Part shown: positions 41,074-50,992 of the stretch, in pieces
Numbering within the stretch: position 1 is the stretch's first letter
Layout: every line of letters begins with the position of its first letter
From: Deltaproteobacteria bacterium
Lineage (GTDB): Bacteria; Myxococcota; UBA727; VGSZ01
NCBI GenBank assembly: GCA_016177705.1
Contig: JACOUT010000005.1
Coordinates: 94,374-158,373 of the forward strand
DNA length: 64,000 nucleotides
Direction of reading: 5' to 3'
The notes under the pieces: model-generated
What the model saw: only the letters and a program-made list of their open reading frames with translations
What the model was told of the DNA's origin: nothing
The model's database searches: none
Program-made: the position numbers and the translations under genes

Positions 41074-41975
41074 GGCAGCGTCAGGCGCGGTACGCGCGTC
41101 GCCATCCGGAACAGCGAGCGCGCCGGCTCGTGCGCCGCAAAGCGCGTCGGGTAGGTGTTGGCCTCGATGACGAGCTGCCAGGCACGGCACCACGGATCCT
41201 CGATGGCGCCGAGCACAGCGCGCCGCTCGCGGTCGTGCAACGCCTGCAGCAGCGCGTCGACCGCCGCCGCGTCGAACGAGGTCGCGAGCACGTCGGCGTC
41301 GCAGCGGCGGGCGGGGTGCGGCTGGTTGTTCTCTCCCTGCCACAGTGACGTCTCGCCGGGCGCGGCGAACGGATCGACCTGCACGCCGCCGAGGTACACG
41401 TTGAAGTGCAGGTGCGGCGCCACCGCGCCAAACGACGCGAGCGCGTCAATGCCCGAGTACCCCGACAGCGCGACGGGCTGACCGCGCGCCACGCGCTCGC
41501 CCACGCCGACCAGCGCGCGCGCCAGGTGGTTCGACGACGTCATCAGGCCATCGCCATGGTCGAGGTAGAGCTTGAGGCCGCCGCGGTTGTACTCGCTGCG
41601 CGTCGCCACGACGACACCGGGGGCGGCGGCCACCACGCGCGTGCCGGGCGGAACCGCGAAGTCGGTGCCGTTGTGGCTGTCGTAGGTGAGGCCCTTGCCG
41701 CGAAAATCGCGCACCTGCGTCACGCGCACCGACCAGCCCTGCTCGATGGGCGTGGGCGTGCGGTTGAACAGGTTGACGATGGGCACTTGCCTGCCGAGGT
41801 GCCGGCGACCGCGCCAGGTGGCGAAGGCCAGGCGCGGCGTGAACAGGCGCGTGCTCGAGGTGCCGAACTTGGAGGGCGGCAGGCTCGGGTCGCCGCGCAG
41901 CGCGAGCCAAGCCTCGCGTGCGGCGTTTCCGGTCAGGCCCAGCACTTCGCGCAGCGAGAGATCGGAATCGAACAT
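41013..41975 (-). CDS. M23 family metallopeptidase (LytM-like)
   Basis: The M23 zinc-site motifs HNGTDFAVPPGTRVVAAAPGVV and PHLHFNVY are present. Confidence 0.8.
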   Translation of the reverse strand: MFDSDLSLREVLGLTGNAAREAWLALRGDPSLPPSKFGTSSTRLFTPRLAFATWRGRRHLGRQVPIVNLFNRTPTPIEQGWSVRVTQVRDFRGKGLTYDSHNGTDFAVPPGTRVVAAAPGVVVATRSEYNRGGLKLYLDHGDGLMTSSNHLARALVGVGERVARGQPVALSGYSGIDALASFGAVAPHLHFNVYLGGVQVDPFAAPGETSLWQGENNQPHPARRCDADVLATSFDAAAVDALLQALHDRERRAVLGAIEDPWCRAWQLVIEANTYPTRFAAHEPARSLFRMATRVPRLTLPFSTGDFDGVAFADDVGLRA

Positions 41976-42010
41976 CTGTTCAGTTTACCCGGTTCGACGG
42001 CGCTGTCGAG

Positions 42011-42042
42011 GAAAAACGCGCGGGGGCCGAGGCCCCCGCGCG
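42011..42042 (-). terminator. rho-independent terminator downstream of the Hsp20 gene
   Basis: On the minus strand the structure is CGCGCGGGGGCC-tcg-GGCCCCCGCGCG followed by TTTTTCC, and it lies 28 nt past the hsp20 stop. Confidence 0.6.
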
Positions 42043-42069
42043 CCAACCCGAACCCGCTGACCTTCCTCC

Positions 42070-42513
42070 TCAGCCGATCTTGATCTCCTTGCTGCGAGGC
42101 GGCGGCGGCGCCGCCTTGGGGATGAGCACGTTGAGCACGCCGTTGTCGTAGCTGGCGGTCACCTTGGTCTCATCGACCGCGGTGGGCAGCGTGAAGCTGC
42201 GCTGGAAGCGGCCGTAGCTGCGCTCGACGCGGTGGTAGGTCTTGTTCTTCTCTTCGCGCTCGAGCTTGCGCTCGCCCGTGAGGGTCAGAACGCCGTCTTC
42301 CACCGCGAGCTTGATGTCTTCTTTCCTCATCGCGGGCAGCTCGGCGTGCAGCGTGTACGCCTCGGGGGTCTCGGCGATGTCGACCGCCGGCGCCCACTCG
42401 GTGCGCTGCAACGCCTCGTTGCCGAGCGCGAAGTCCTTGAGCAGCGCGTTGCCGAAGAAGCGGCGCTGCAAGTCATCGAAGTCCCGCATCGGATCCCATC
42501 GAACCAGTGCCAT
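42070..42513 (-). CDS. Hsp20/alpha-crystallin family small heat-shock protein
   Basis: The alpha-crystallin domain is present (PAVDIAETPEAYTLHAELPAMRKEDIKLAVEDGVLTLTGER...SYGRFQRSFTLP) and the C-terminus carries an I-x-I-like motif (IKIG). Confidence 0.85.
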   Translation of the reverse strand: MALVRWDPMRDFDDLQRRFFGNALLKDFALGNEALQRTEWAPAVDIAETPEAYTLHAELPAMRKEDIKLAVEDGVLTLTGERKLEREEKNKTYHRVERSYGRFQRSFTLPTAVDETKVTASYDNGVLNVLIPKAAPPPPRSKEIKIG

Positions 42514-42692
42514 GACGTCCTCCTCCGGTGTCTTGACCACATCGCGGCGGTGACTAACGAGACGACGGGACCATGCCCCTCGACGTCGTCGACCACCGCG
42601 CTACGGACGAAAAGTAGGCACCAACGGCGCGCGTCAAGCGATCCGCGCGCGGCGGCGTTCGGCTACGCTGCGCGCCACATCGAGGAGCCCGC

Positions 42693-43139
42693 ATGATCAT
42701 CGCCGCTGCCGTGTTGTCGCTGAACGCGCTCGCGCAAACGCCCGCCACCGAGGTCACGCCCATCCAGCTCGATGCCGCCGCGCTCGTGTGGACCGACGCG
42801 CCCGCCGCCATGCCCAAGGGCACCACCATGACCGTGCTCGAAGGCGACCCGAAGAAGGAGGGCCTCTTCACCATCAGGCTCAAGGCGCCCAAGGGCTTCC
42901 TGCTCGGTCCGCACACGCATCCGGTCGACGAGCGCGTCACGGTCATCGAGGGCACCATCGCGGTCGGCTTCGGCGCGAGCGTCGACAAGGGCAAGGGCCG
43001 GCGCTTTGGCGTCGGCAGCTTCTACGTGAACCCGCCGGGTCGGCCGCACTTCGTGTGGAGCGACGAGGGTTGCGTGGTGCAGATCACCGGCGTCGGACCG
43101 TGGAAGGTCGAGCCGCTCACGCCGCCCAAGGCGCCGTAG
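42693..43139 (+). CDS. secreted cupin-domain protein
   Basis: Signal peptide MIIAAAVLSLNALA. The segment GPHTHPVDERVTVIEGTIAVGFG looks cupin-like. Confidence 0.55.
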   Translation: MIIAAAVLSLNALAQTPATEVTPIQLDAAALVWTDAPAAMPKGTTMTVLEGDPKKEGLFTIRLKAPKGFLLGPHTHPVDERVTVIEGTIAVGFGASVDKGKGRRFGVGSFYVNPPGRPHFVWSDEGCVVQITGVGPWKVEPLTPPKAP

Positions 43140-43160
43140 CGCGCCGCTGTCGGCGCCCGC

Positions 43161-43490
43161 TCAGGGCACCCAATACAGCGTGACGTCCGTGGCGATCGGG
43201 ACGGCGAGCCCACGCGCGCCGCCGGCCACCACCGCGGGCGATGACGGCGACGGCTCGGCGAGCGAGGGGTGATCGAACGGCGCGAAGCCCATCGCCGCCG
43301 ACGCCGACGACGGTGTCGCGCGGGTGACGATCAGCGCCAGCGCGGCCGCGGCCGCGGCGAGCGAGGGCACGACGGCGAACACCAACAGGCGCGCGGGGCG
43401 CCGGTCGCCGAGCGCGACACGCTCGCGCAGGCGCGCGAGGCCACCTGGTGGCGGCTCGAGCTCTGGGAACGCGCGGCTATGCCGGGTCAT
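43161..43490 (-). CDS. putative anti-sigma factor (single-pass membrane protein)
   Basis: Its start overlaps the end of the ECF sigma gene, and it has one TM segment (LLVFAVVPSLAAAAAALALIV). Confidence 0.45.
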   Translation of the reverse strand: MTRHSRAFPELEPPPGGLARLRERVALGDRRPARLLVFAVVPSLAAAAAALALIVTRATPSSASAAMGFAPFDHPSLAEPSPSSPAVVAGGARGLAVPIATDVTLYWVP

Positions 43491-44016
43491 CGTGGGCCTC
43501 CATGAGCGCGCCGAGCTGCTCGCGCAGGATCGCAACCGCTGCGTGGCGTCGCGAGGCCACCGTGCCCTCGGGGATGCCGAGCACGGCGCCGATCTCCTTG
43601 GCGGTCATGCCGGAGAGCTCGCCAAGCACCACCACGCGGCGCAAGCGCTCGGGCAGCGCGTCGACCGCGGCACGGACGCGGCGCTGGGTATCGTCGAGCT
43701 CCGGCGGCGGCGTCGATAGCGTCAGCGCGTCCAGCGTCACCAGGCTCCAGAGGCGCCGTGTGCGGCGGCGGTTGGACGCGAGGTTGACCGCGATGCGAAA
43801 CACCAGGGCTTCGACCGTCTCCGGGCGGACGCGGTCGCGCATCGACCACAGCTTGACGAACGCGTCTTGCGTGACGTCGGCGGCGTCGTCCCTGTTCCAC
43901 AGCCATCGGTACACCACGTTGTAGACGCGGCGCTCGAGCCGCAGATAGAGCGACTCGAGCGCCGCGCGATCGAACGGCGCGGCGGTCGTCGTCGGCACGA
44001 GCTGCGACGAGGTCAT
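43477..44016 (-). CDS. RNA polymerase sigma-70 factor, ECF subfamily
   Basis: Region 2 (LYLRLERRVYNVVYRWL...DVTQDAFVKLW) and region 4 (LPERLRRVVVLGELSGMTAKEIGAVLGIPEGTVASR) are both recognisable. Confidence 0.85.
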   Translation of the reverse strand: MTSSQLVPTTTAAPFDRAALESLYLRLERRVYNVVYRWLWNRDDAADVTQDAFVKLWSMRDRVRPETVEALVFRIAVNLASNRRRTRRLWSLVTLDALTLSTPPPELDDTQRRVRAAVDALPERLRRVVVLGELSGMTAKEIGAVLGIPEGTVASRRHAAVAILREQLGALMEAHDDPA

Positions 44017-44052
44017 CGCGTCCCCTTCGAGTGCGCATCGTCATCGACAAGG

Positions 44053-44811
44053 TCACTTCCCGTCCACCGAGGCGCGAAAGACGTAGAACGTGGTCACCGC
44101 CTTGCCGTCGCGCAGGTCGTTGCCGAAGCCAGCGCGCTCACCCGAGCGCGGGCCGGTCCCGGCCTGGCCGAGCACCACGGTCTTGCCGAGCGGCACCTCG
44201 ACGCGCGCGTCCAGCCCGCCGGCTTCGTCCTGCGCGCGCACGCGCACCTTCGCCACCACCTTGTCGCCGTGCAGCGACGCGGTCTGCTCCGCGAAGATGG
44301 CCCGGCCCTCGATGCGCGCCTCGGAGCCGCTCTGCGACGCGGCGCGCAGCCGTTCGAGCACCGACAGCCGCATCGGCCCCTGGCTCTGCTGCAGCGCCTC
44401 GACGACGTCGCCGATCTCCGGGGAGACGTCGGCGCCCTTGGCCGGCGTCGGCGCCGGCGCCGCGACCACCACCCAATAGTCGAGCGTCACCGTCGGCGGC
44501 GCCTGCACGGCACCGCTCTTCAAGCGCGCGAGCACGTCGGCGATTCCCGGGTGAAACCCGGCGGGCGCGCTCACCAACAGCTGCCCCGACGGTGCCAGCG
44601 CGGCTGCGCCCTTACGCGGCGCGTCCTTGGCGGTCCACAGCAGCGAGGACACGATGCCCTGCAGCTCGGCGGCGTGCTCCGCGGGGACGTCATAGGCCTT
44701 CATCACCAGATCCTCGGCCAGGGTCGAGGGGGCCGCTGGCGTGCAGGCGGCGGCGACCACGGTGGTCAGGGAAAGCGCCAGGACGGCGAGGACGATGCGG
44801 GTCAAGGTCAT
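44053..44811 (-). CDS. lipoprotein, hypothetical (first gene of the ECF sigma operon)
   Basis: Lipobox LTTVVAAAC; no known motif was recognised. Confidence 0.45.
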   Translation of the reverse strand: MTLTRIVLAVLALSLTTVVAAACTPAAPSTLAEDLVMKAYDVPAEHAAELQGIVSSLLWTAKDAPRKGAAALAPSGQLLVSAPAGFHPGIADVLARLKSGAVQAPPTVTLDYWVVVAAPAPTPAKGADVSPEIGDVVEALQQSQGPMRLSVLERLRAASQSGSEARIEGRAIFAEQTASLHGDKVVAKVRVRAQDEAGGLDARVEVPLGKTVVLGQAGTGPRSGERAGFGNDLRDGKAVTTFYVFRASVDGK

Positions 44812-44958
44812 GGTTTGCTCCGGGGGTGAAGGTTCGACCCCTAGCTACCCGCGAGCCCGCCGTTTCCTTCACGGCGGATCCCGTCGGATCTGCGGAGACG
44901 ATCGTCGTAGGACCGACGTCCGATTCCTGGCTGGCGGCCGCACGCGACCATCGGTCGC

Positions 44959-46392
44959 ATGACGAAGAACGCTCCGCTCGTGGTTGTCGCCGCTCAGGTG
45001 CTGGTCACCGTGCTGGCCCTTCCCGCGATCTCTGGCTGCACGGCCGAGCTCGACGAGGGCGGCGACCACGACCACGAGCACCCTGTCGACATGGTGGCGG
45101 GCAGAAACGCCGGCCACACCCAGCAGGGCCTGGCACGCGCCGGACGCTGGCAGCCCTCCGCCGACGTGCTCGCTGCCGGCGACGCGCAGCAGGTCGGCTA
45201 CAACCCGGCGCCCTCTTGGGACGACGGCGCCAACTGCTCGGGCGGCGCCACCGACGGCGCGCTCACCTTGCGCGACCACCTGCTCGGGTACTTTCCGCAG
45301 ATCGCCTCGGTTGGCATCTACAACTGCCGGGTGATCGCCGGCACCAACTCGATGTCGCTGCACGGCGTCGGCCGCGCGCTCGACATCATGATCCCGACGG
45401 TGGGCGGCGACGCCGACAACGATCTCGGCGATCCGATCGCGGCCTGGCTGATCGAGAACGCCGCCGCCATCGGCATGCAGACCATCATCTGGGACCACAG
45501 CATCTGGCGCGTCACCTACGACCCGCGCATACACGAGTACACGGGCTCGAATCCGCACGTCGATCACCTGCACGTCGAGATCAACGTCGCGGCCGGCAAC
45601 GAGAACCAGCCTTGGTTCGACGCGCCTTTCGGACCTGCGGCGTGCGCCGCGCTCACGGGCGGCGAGAGCGTCATCGACAACGGCGACGATTGCCTGCGCG
45701 TGTACGGCCCCGGACAGTACTGGCGCGACGAGAGCGTCGGCTACGGCGGCGACCTGCTGTGGACCAACGCCTTCGAGGCCGGCGCGCCGTCGAACTGGGC
45801 CGAGTGGAGCCTGCCCTTCGAGGCGCCCGGCACCTACGAGGTCGCGGCTTACGTCGAGCCCAGCTTCGGCGTGCACCGGCAGGCGCGCTACCAGGTGCGC
45901 GCCGGTGGGCAGGACCACGTCGTCACCATCGACCAGGGTGCGGCGTCGGGGTGGGCTGTGCTCGGCACGTATGACTTCACGGGTGCTGCGGGCGAGGGCG
46001 TCAAGGTGTTCGACAACACCAGCGGCCCGGTCGCGAGCGAGCAGCACATCGTGGTCGACGCGCTGCGCGTGCGGCCGCCGTCCGCACCGCCGCCGCCCGA
46101 GGAACCGCCGCCCGAGGAGCCGCCGCCCGAGGAGCCGCCGCCCGAGGAGCCGCCGCCCGGGGAGCCACCCACCGAGGAGCCGCCCACCGAGGAGCCGCCC
46201 ACCGAGGAGCCGCCGCCCGGGCAGGGCCCGGTCGACGAAGGGCCGGTCGACGACGACGATCCGGGCACGATCACGCCGCAGACCCGGCTCGAGCCGTCCG
46301 TCAACGGTGCGGGCTGCTCGGCCGCTCCGCCGGGAGCCTCCTTCGCGGTGCTCCTAGCCGCGATCGCACGTCGCCGTCGCAAGCTCGCGTAG
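44959..46392 (+). CDS. lipoprotein with an M15/VanY-like zinc peptidase fold, a Pro/Glu tandem-repeat linker and a MYXO-CTERM-like sorting tail
   Basis: Lipobox ALPAISGC. The motif [10 protein letters not shown] fits the M15 SxHxxGxAxD pattern, and HVDHLHVE follows. A (PPPEEP)n repeat leads into the C-terminus [28 protein letters not shown] (Cys, hydrophobic stretch, Arg cluster). Confidence 0.55.
   Translation: MTKNAPLVVVAAQVLVTVLALPAISGCTAELDEGGDHDHEHPVDMVAGRNAGHTQQGLARAGRWQPSADVLAAGDAQQVGYNPAPSWDDGANCSGGATDGALTLRDHLLGYFPQIASVGIYNCRVIAGTNSMSLHGVGRALDIMIPTVGGDADNDLGDPIAAWLIENAAAIGMQTIIWDHSIWRVTYDPRIHEYTGSNPHVDHLHVEINVAAGNENQPWFDAPFGPAACAALTGGESVIDNGDDCLRVYGPGQYWRDESVGYGGDLLWTNAFEAGAPSNWAEWSLPFEAPGTYEVAAYVEPSFGVHRQARYQVRAGGQDHVVTIDQGAASGWAVLGTYDFTGAAGEGVKVFDNTSGPVASEQHIVVDALRVRPPSAPPPPEEPPPEEPPPEEPPPEEPPPGEPPTEEPPTEEPPTEEPPPGQGPVDEGPVDDDDPGTITPQTRLEPSVNGAGCSAAPPGASFAVLLAAIARRRRKLA
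46081..46210 (+). repeat. in-frame 18-nt tandem repeat (CCGCCGCCCGAGGAGCCG-like) x ~7, encoding PPPEEP / PPTEEP
   Basis: Read directly from the sequence; the repeat lies inside the CDS 44959-46392. Confidence 0.9.
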
Positions 46393-46401
46393 CCCGACAG
46401 C

Positions 46402-47196
46402 TCAGTTGCCGTTACAGACGTCGCCGCCGGCGCACTCGCCGTTGTCGCACTCGGACGACAGGCACTCGTAGGACTGCTCGCAGTCGTCGCCGTTGTTCTT
46501 CGGCACCGCGCACTCGTTGTTGTCGCAGTACAGGCCCGGCCCACAGACGGCGCCGCCAAAGCAGTCCTCGCCCTCGGCGGGCGCCGGCTCGCACTCGCCG
46601 TCGTTGCACAACAGGCCCGGGCCGCATGGGCGATCGGTGCAATCCTCCCCGTCGTCGCCGGCGTCGACGCACTCACCCTCGAGCGCGCCGACCTCTTCAT
46701 TGACCTCGGGATCCTCGTAGTCGATCTCGCAGCCGCCGCCGAGGCGGCACTCGCTGGCGGTGGCACAGGTCTCGCCCGGCTCCACCGCGCCGACGCCGAG
46801 CGCGCGCGAGCACGCTTGCCCCGGGCGCTGCACCAGTTGCGCCAGCGACCAATCGCACTGATCCCGCGCCGCGCTCATGCCCGCGAGGCAGGCATTGGCC
46901 GCCTCGCCGTCGAAGGTCATACGCCCGAGCGCCACCGAGTCTTCGTTGGCGCCCGCCAACATCTTGCAGATGCCGGTCGCACGCTCGACGCACTCGGCCT
47001 CACTGTTGACGTAGCTGTTGCCGAAGCCGGTCGGCGCCGAGCCGTCGAGGCGCTCCTCGGCATCGCAGCAGCGGAACGAGAACTCGCACTGGGCGCGCAT
47101 CAGCGCCTCGCAGGTCGAGATCGGTTTGTCGAAGCAGCCGAAGCCGGCGAGCGGCAGGGCGGCGACGACGGTGACGAGCAGCGTGACGAAGCGCAT
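46402..47196 (-). CDS. secreted Cys-rich repeat protein (myxobacterial cysteine-rich repeat type)
   Basis: Signal peptide MRFVTLLVTVVAALPLAGFGC. About 30 Cys are arranged in repeated C-x-G-x-x-C / CxDxxxC patterns with Asp/Glu-rich spacers. Confidence 0.6.
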   Translation of the reverse strand: MRFVTLLVTVVAALPLAGFGCFDKPISTCEALMRAQCEFSFRCCDAEERLDGSAPTGFGNSYVNSEAECVERATGICKMLAGANEDSVALGRMTFDGEAANACLAGMSAARDQCDWSLAQLVQRPGQACSRALGVGAVEPGETCATASECRLGGGCEIDYEDPEVNEEVGALEGECVDAGDDGEDCTDRPCGPGLLCNDGECEPAPAEGEDCFGGAVCGPGLYCDNNECAVPKNNGDDCEQSYECLSSECDNGECAGGDVCNGN

Positions 47197-47213
47197 GGGT
47201 GCTCCCTGATGCC

Positions 47214-48296
47214 TCAGTTGCCGGTGCACTGGTCGGGGTCGACAGGATCGGGCGCGCCATAGTCTCGACACACCGGCGGCGCCTCGGCGTCGTCGCAATA
47301 CGAGTCCTCGCCGGCGCACTGGTCGTAGAGGTCGGGATCGCACTCGCCGCCGGCCGCCACCTGCGCCTCACACGTGCCCGGCGTGCCGGCCGTGTCGTTG
47401 CAGAAGGCGCCGAGCGCGCACTGGTACATCGGGCACGGCTCGCCGACGTCGGGCGGCGCCTCGCAGGTCTGCTCGAAGGTGGTCTGATCGTACGTGCACA
47501 CCAGCGGCACCTCGCACAGGCCCGTGCCGGCGCAGTCCTCGCCGAGCCCCGCCGGCTGCTGGCAGCGATTCTCGCCCGCCACCGTGTCGTAGGCGCAGCC
47601 GAGTCCCTCCTGGCACTGGAAGCTCGGGCACGGCTCACCCACGCCGGGCAGGGCGGTGCAGGTGTAGCTCGAGTCGGTGCCGTCGAAGATGCACTCGAGC
47701 CCGTCCTGGCAGGGGCGGCTCTCGCAGTCGTCGCCGACGTCGCCCGGGCCGACGCACTCGCCGTCGCGCGTGCCGAGCTCCTCGTTGAGGTCGGGATCTT
47801 CGTAGTCGATGTCGCAGTAGGCGCCCTCGCTCGCACACTCGCCGCTGCTGGCGCACGCCTCACCGTCCTCGACCAGTCCCTCGCTCACCTCGGCACACGG
47901 CCCGGGATCGCCGTCGGCGGTGGTGGTGGCCTCACCGAGCGCGACGATGTCACAGCTGTCGCGCGCGGCCTCGAGCGCGGCCACGCACTCCTTGCCCTTG
48001 TCGCCGTCAAAGCGCAGCCGCCCGGCCGCCGCCGCGTCGTCGTTGGCCGCGGACAACAGCTTGCAGTAGCCGGTGGCGCGCTCGATGCATTCGCCCTCGT
48101 TGGCCATGTAGGGGAAGGCGACGAACATGCCGGTCAGGCGTTCCTCGGCTTTGCAGCAGCGGAACTGGAACTGACACGTCGCCTGCATCTGTGCCTCGCA
48201 CAGATCGACGTGGCTGACGGGGCAGCCGAAGGGGCCGGCCAGCACCAGGGTGGCGAGGACGAGGGTGAGCGAGCAAAGCCAGCGGCGCATCGGCAC
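47214..48296 (-). CDS. secreted Cys-rich repeat protein, paralogue of the adjacent gene
   Basis: Signal peptide MRRWLCSLTLVLATLVLAGPFGC. The N-terminal block CEAQMQATCQFQFRCCKAEERL matches CEALMRAQCEFSFRCCDAEERL in the neighbouring protein. Confidence 0.6.
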   Translation of the reverse strand: MPMRRWLCSLTLVLATLVLAGPFGCPVSHVDLCEAQMQATCQFQFRCCKAEERLTGMFVAFPYMANEGECIERATGYCKLLSAANDDAAAAGRLRFDGDKGKECVAALEAARDSCDIVALGEATTTADGDPGPCAEVSEGLVEDGEACASSGECASEGAYCDIDYEDPDLNEELGTRDGECVGPGDVGDDCESRPCQDGLECIFDGTDSSYTCTALPGVGEPCPSFQCQEGLGCAYDTVAGENRCQQPAGLGEDCAGTGLCEVPLVCTYDQTTFEQTCEAPPDVGEPCPMYQCALGAFCNDTAGTPGTCEAQVAAGGECDPDLYDQCAGEDSYCDDAEAPPVCRDYGAPDPVDPDQCTGN

Positions 48297-48356
48297 CTCC
48301 GGTGCGGGACCATAGCGCAGGATCGGGTAGTGCGCTCGTCGAGGTTGACGATGCGC

Positions 48357-49214
48357 TCAGTCGCCGAGCAAGCGGTCGAGCGCCGGCTTGAGCGAGCCGA
48401 GATAGAAGAGCGACCACGGCACCACGAACAAGACGGCGTCGATACGGTCGAGCATGCCGCCGTGGCCGGGCAGGATGGCGCCGGAGTCCTTGGTGTCGAA
48501 GCCGCGCTTCCACATGCTCTCGGCCAGATCGCCCATCGGTCCCAGGAACGCCGTCGGTAGTGCGATGCAGACCAGATCGAGCGACGTGAAGAACGAGAAC
48601 ACGTTGGGGAAGAGCGCGCGGCCCACGAACAAGAAGGCGAGCGAGCCGAGCGCGCCGCCGGCGAAGCCCTCCCACGTCTTCTTGGGCGAGATCTGCGGCG
48701 CCATCTTGTGCTTGCCGAGGAAGCGCCCCGCGAAATACGCGCAAGTGTCGTTCGACCACGTGGCGGTGAAGGCGGCCATGATGGGCCCGGCGCGCGCAGC
48801 ACCCTCGAGCGTGTCGCCGAGATCGCGCAAGCGCGACACCGCCCACAGCCCAAGCCCGATGTAGATGACGCCGAAGCCGAGCAGCGCCAGCCGCGGCCAC
48901 GCGGTGTGCAGCTCACCCGGGCGCAGCACGTAGATGGAGCCGAGCGCGATGACCGCGAGGTTGAAGACCAGCAAGGTGGCGAAGGCGTCGTTGACGGCGG
49001 CGAGCGCGTGCGCGGTCGCCGCGGCGCCGATGATCAGCAGCGCGGCGCGCGCTACCTTGTCGCCGCGCGCCGTCACCTGGCCGTACTCCCAGAAGCAGAC
49101 GACCGCAGTTGCCATCAACAGCCCGCGCAGCGGCCAGCCACCGAGCACGAACAGCCAAAGCACGAACGGCAAGAGCGCGACCGCGACCAGGATGCGCTGT
49201 GCCAGGTTGCTCAT
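48357..49214 (-). CDS. cdsA: phosphatidate cytidylyltransferase
   Basis: The CdsA signature region KTWEGFAGGALGSLAF...GDLAESMWKRGFDTKDSGAILPGHGGMLDRIDAVLF is present. Confidence 0.85.
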   Translation of the reverse strand: MSNLAQRILVAVALLPFVLWLFVLGGWPLRGLLMATAVVCFWEYGQVTARGDKVARAALLIIGAAATAHALAAVNDAFATLLVFNLAVIALGSIYVLRPGELHTAWPRLALLGFGVIYIGLGLWAVSRLRDLGDTLEGAARAGPIMAAFTATWSNDTCAYFAGRFLGKHKMAPQISPKKTWEGFAGGALGSLAFLFVGRALFPNVFSFFTSLDLVCIALPTAFLGPMGDLAESMWKRGFDTKDSGAILPGHGGMLDRIDAVLFVVPWSLFYLGSLKPALDRLLGD

Positions 49215-49960
49215 GCGCCGCCCCGCGCGCCGCCCGCGGGGGCCACCTGCGCGCCGGTGAGCCCGAAGCGGCGTTGCCGGCCGCGATAGGACGCGAACGC
49301 CTCGTCGAGGCGCGCGCGAGAGAAGTCGGGCCAGGCCACCGGCGTCACGTACAGCTCCGAGTACGCGATCTGCCACAGCATGAAGTTCGACACGCGCAGC
49401 TCGCCGCTGGTGCGAATCAGCAAGTCGGGATCCGGCGTGCCGGCGGAGTCGAGGTGCGCCTCGAGGTGCTCGGGGCCGATGTCGTCGACCGCGAGCGCGC
49501 CGCGCTTGACCTCGGCAGCGACGGCGCGAACCGCGCGCACGATCTCGTCACGTGCGCCGTAGGAGAGCGCGAGCGTCAGGCGCATGCCGGACATACCGCG
49601 CGTCGCCTCTTTGACGGCACCGAGCAACGCGCGCACCACCAGCGGCAGCTTGTCGACGGCGCCGATGGTGGCCAGCTCGATCTGGTTCTTGAGCAGGGTG
49701 GCGCGCTCGTCCTTCAAGTAGTCCGTCAGGAGCTGCATCAGGCCCGACACCTCGGTCTCGGGCCGGCCCCAGTTCTCCGACGAGAACGCGTACAACGTCA
49801 GGTAGCGGACGCCCAGCTCGCGGCAGTAGGTCGTGATGTCGCGCACGGTCTTGGCGCCGGCGCGGTGGCCCTCGAGGCGGGGCAGGCCGCGCTCCTCGGC
49901 CCAGCGGCCGTTGCCGTCCATGATGATGGCCACGTGGCGCGGCACCGGCGGCGCGGTCAA
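49211..49960 (-). CDS. uppS: isoprenyl transferase (undecaprenyl diphosphate synthase)
   Basis: TTG start with GGAGGAAG upstream, overlapping the upstream stop (TTGA). Motifs HVAIIMDGNGRWA, FSSENW and RTSGE.RVSNF.LWQ are present. Confidence 0.9.
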   Translation of the reverse strand: MTAPPVPRHVAIIMDGNGRWAEERGLPRLEGHRAGAKTVRDITTYCRELGVRYLTLYAFSSENWGRPETEVSGLMQLLTDYLKDERATLLKNQIELATIGAVDKLPLVVRALLGAVKEATRGMSGMRLTLALSYGARDEIVRAVRAVAAEVKRGALAVDDIGPEHLEAHLDSAGTPDPDLLIRTSGELRVSNFMLWQIAYSELYVTPVAWPDFSRARLDEAFASYRGRQRRFGLTGAQVAPAGGARGGA

Positions 49961-50991
49961 CGCTTCCTCCGCGTTCGTCCTACGGCGTCGTCGGTGAACA
50001 GCTCGAGGTCGGCGTCGTCCTCGGAGGAGTCGTCTGCGTCGGCGGCGATCGGCACCACGCGCGTGGCCGGACGCGCGGGCACCACCACCTGGCCGGTCTT
50101 GACCCGATCGCGACGGGCGCCTGGGCGCGCCGCGTGCGTGCTCGGGTCGTCGTCGTCGTCCGCCGCCACCTCCTCCAGCTCGTCCCCGTCCACGCTCGAC
50201 GCGGTCTTGTGGCGCGCCACCATCTGCATGGTGTCGTCCTCTTCCTCCTCCACGTCTTCGACCAACGCGTCCGGCACGTTCGAGCGCACCGAAGTGTGCG
50301 ACGCGCGCGTGATCTTGTCGGTGGTGGTGCCGGCGGCGCGCGGCTGCTCGTGCACGTTGACCGAGAGCGCGAGCGCGTCGAGCGCGGTCTCCTCGGCGCA
50401 CAGCGCGCCGCCGATCTCGGTGACCACGCGCGCGAAGCCGAGGCCGACGTCGTCGGTGGGCTCCATCATCAGGTCGGGCTCGCCCGCCACCGCCTTCATC
50501 AGGTTGGGGCGCTCCGTGGCGAGCGCGTCGAGACGGCGCTGCGATACCTGCACGCGCAGACGCCGGCGCGCGCGCAACTGCGCCATGCCGCGCTGCAGGA
50601 TGCGTTCGACGTCGCGCTGGCCGAGATCGGGGTCGGTGCCGAGCAGCTTCTTCACCACCTCGAGCGCGAGCACGCGGATGTCGTCGGCGGCCTCGGCGTA
50701 GCGCTCGGCGCGGCGTCGAAACGCCGACAGCGCCTCGGCCGCGGCGGCGGCGAAGGCCTCGGAGGCGCCGCGCGCCATCGCCTCCTCGTGCGCCTGGCTC
50801 GCCTTCTTCTTGCCGTCGGCGAGCAGCTTGGCGCGCGCCTCGTCGGCGCGCTTGAGGATGTGCGCCGCGTCTTGCTTGGCCTGATAGACGGCGCGCTCGA
50901 TGACCTTCTTGCCGCTCTGGTCGGCAATACGTGCCGGCGCGCGCGCGGGTCGCTGGCCACCCTGACCCCCGGCCTTGATGACGCGCGCCAC
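49957..50991 (-). CDS. SctL/FliH-like protein with a long acidic C-terminal extension
   Basis: GTG start with GGAGG upstream. The segments AVYQAKQDAAHILKRADEARAKLL, VLALEVVKKLLG, LRVQVSQRRLDAL and DVGLGFARVVTEIGGALCAEETALDAL are collinear with YscL/FliH. About 110 aa of Asp/Glu-rich tail follow. Confidence 0.5.
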   Translation of the reverse strand: MARVIKAGGQGGQRPARAPARIADQSGKKVIERAVYQAKQDAAHILKRADEARAKLLADGKKKASQAHEEAMARGASEAFAAAAAEALSAFRRRAERYAEAADDIRVLALEVVKKLLGTDPDLGQRDVERILQRGMAQLRARRRLRVQVSQRRLDALATERPNLMKAVAGEPDLMMEPTDDVGLGFARVVTEIGGALCAEETALDALALSVNVHEQPRAAGTTTDKITRASHTSVRSNVPDALVEDVEEEEDDTMQMVARHKTASSVDGDELEEVAADDDDDPSTHAARPGARRDRVKTGQVVVPARPATRVVPIAADADDSSEDDADLELFTDDAVGRTRRKR

Positions 50992-50992
50992 G

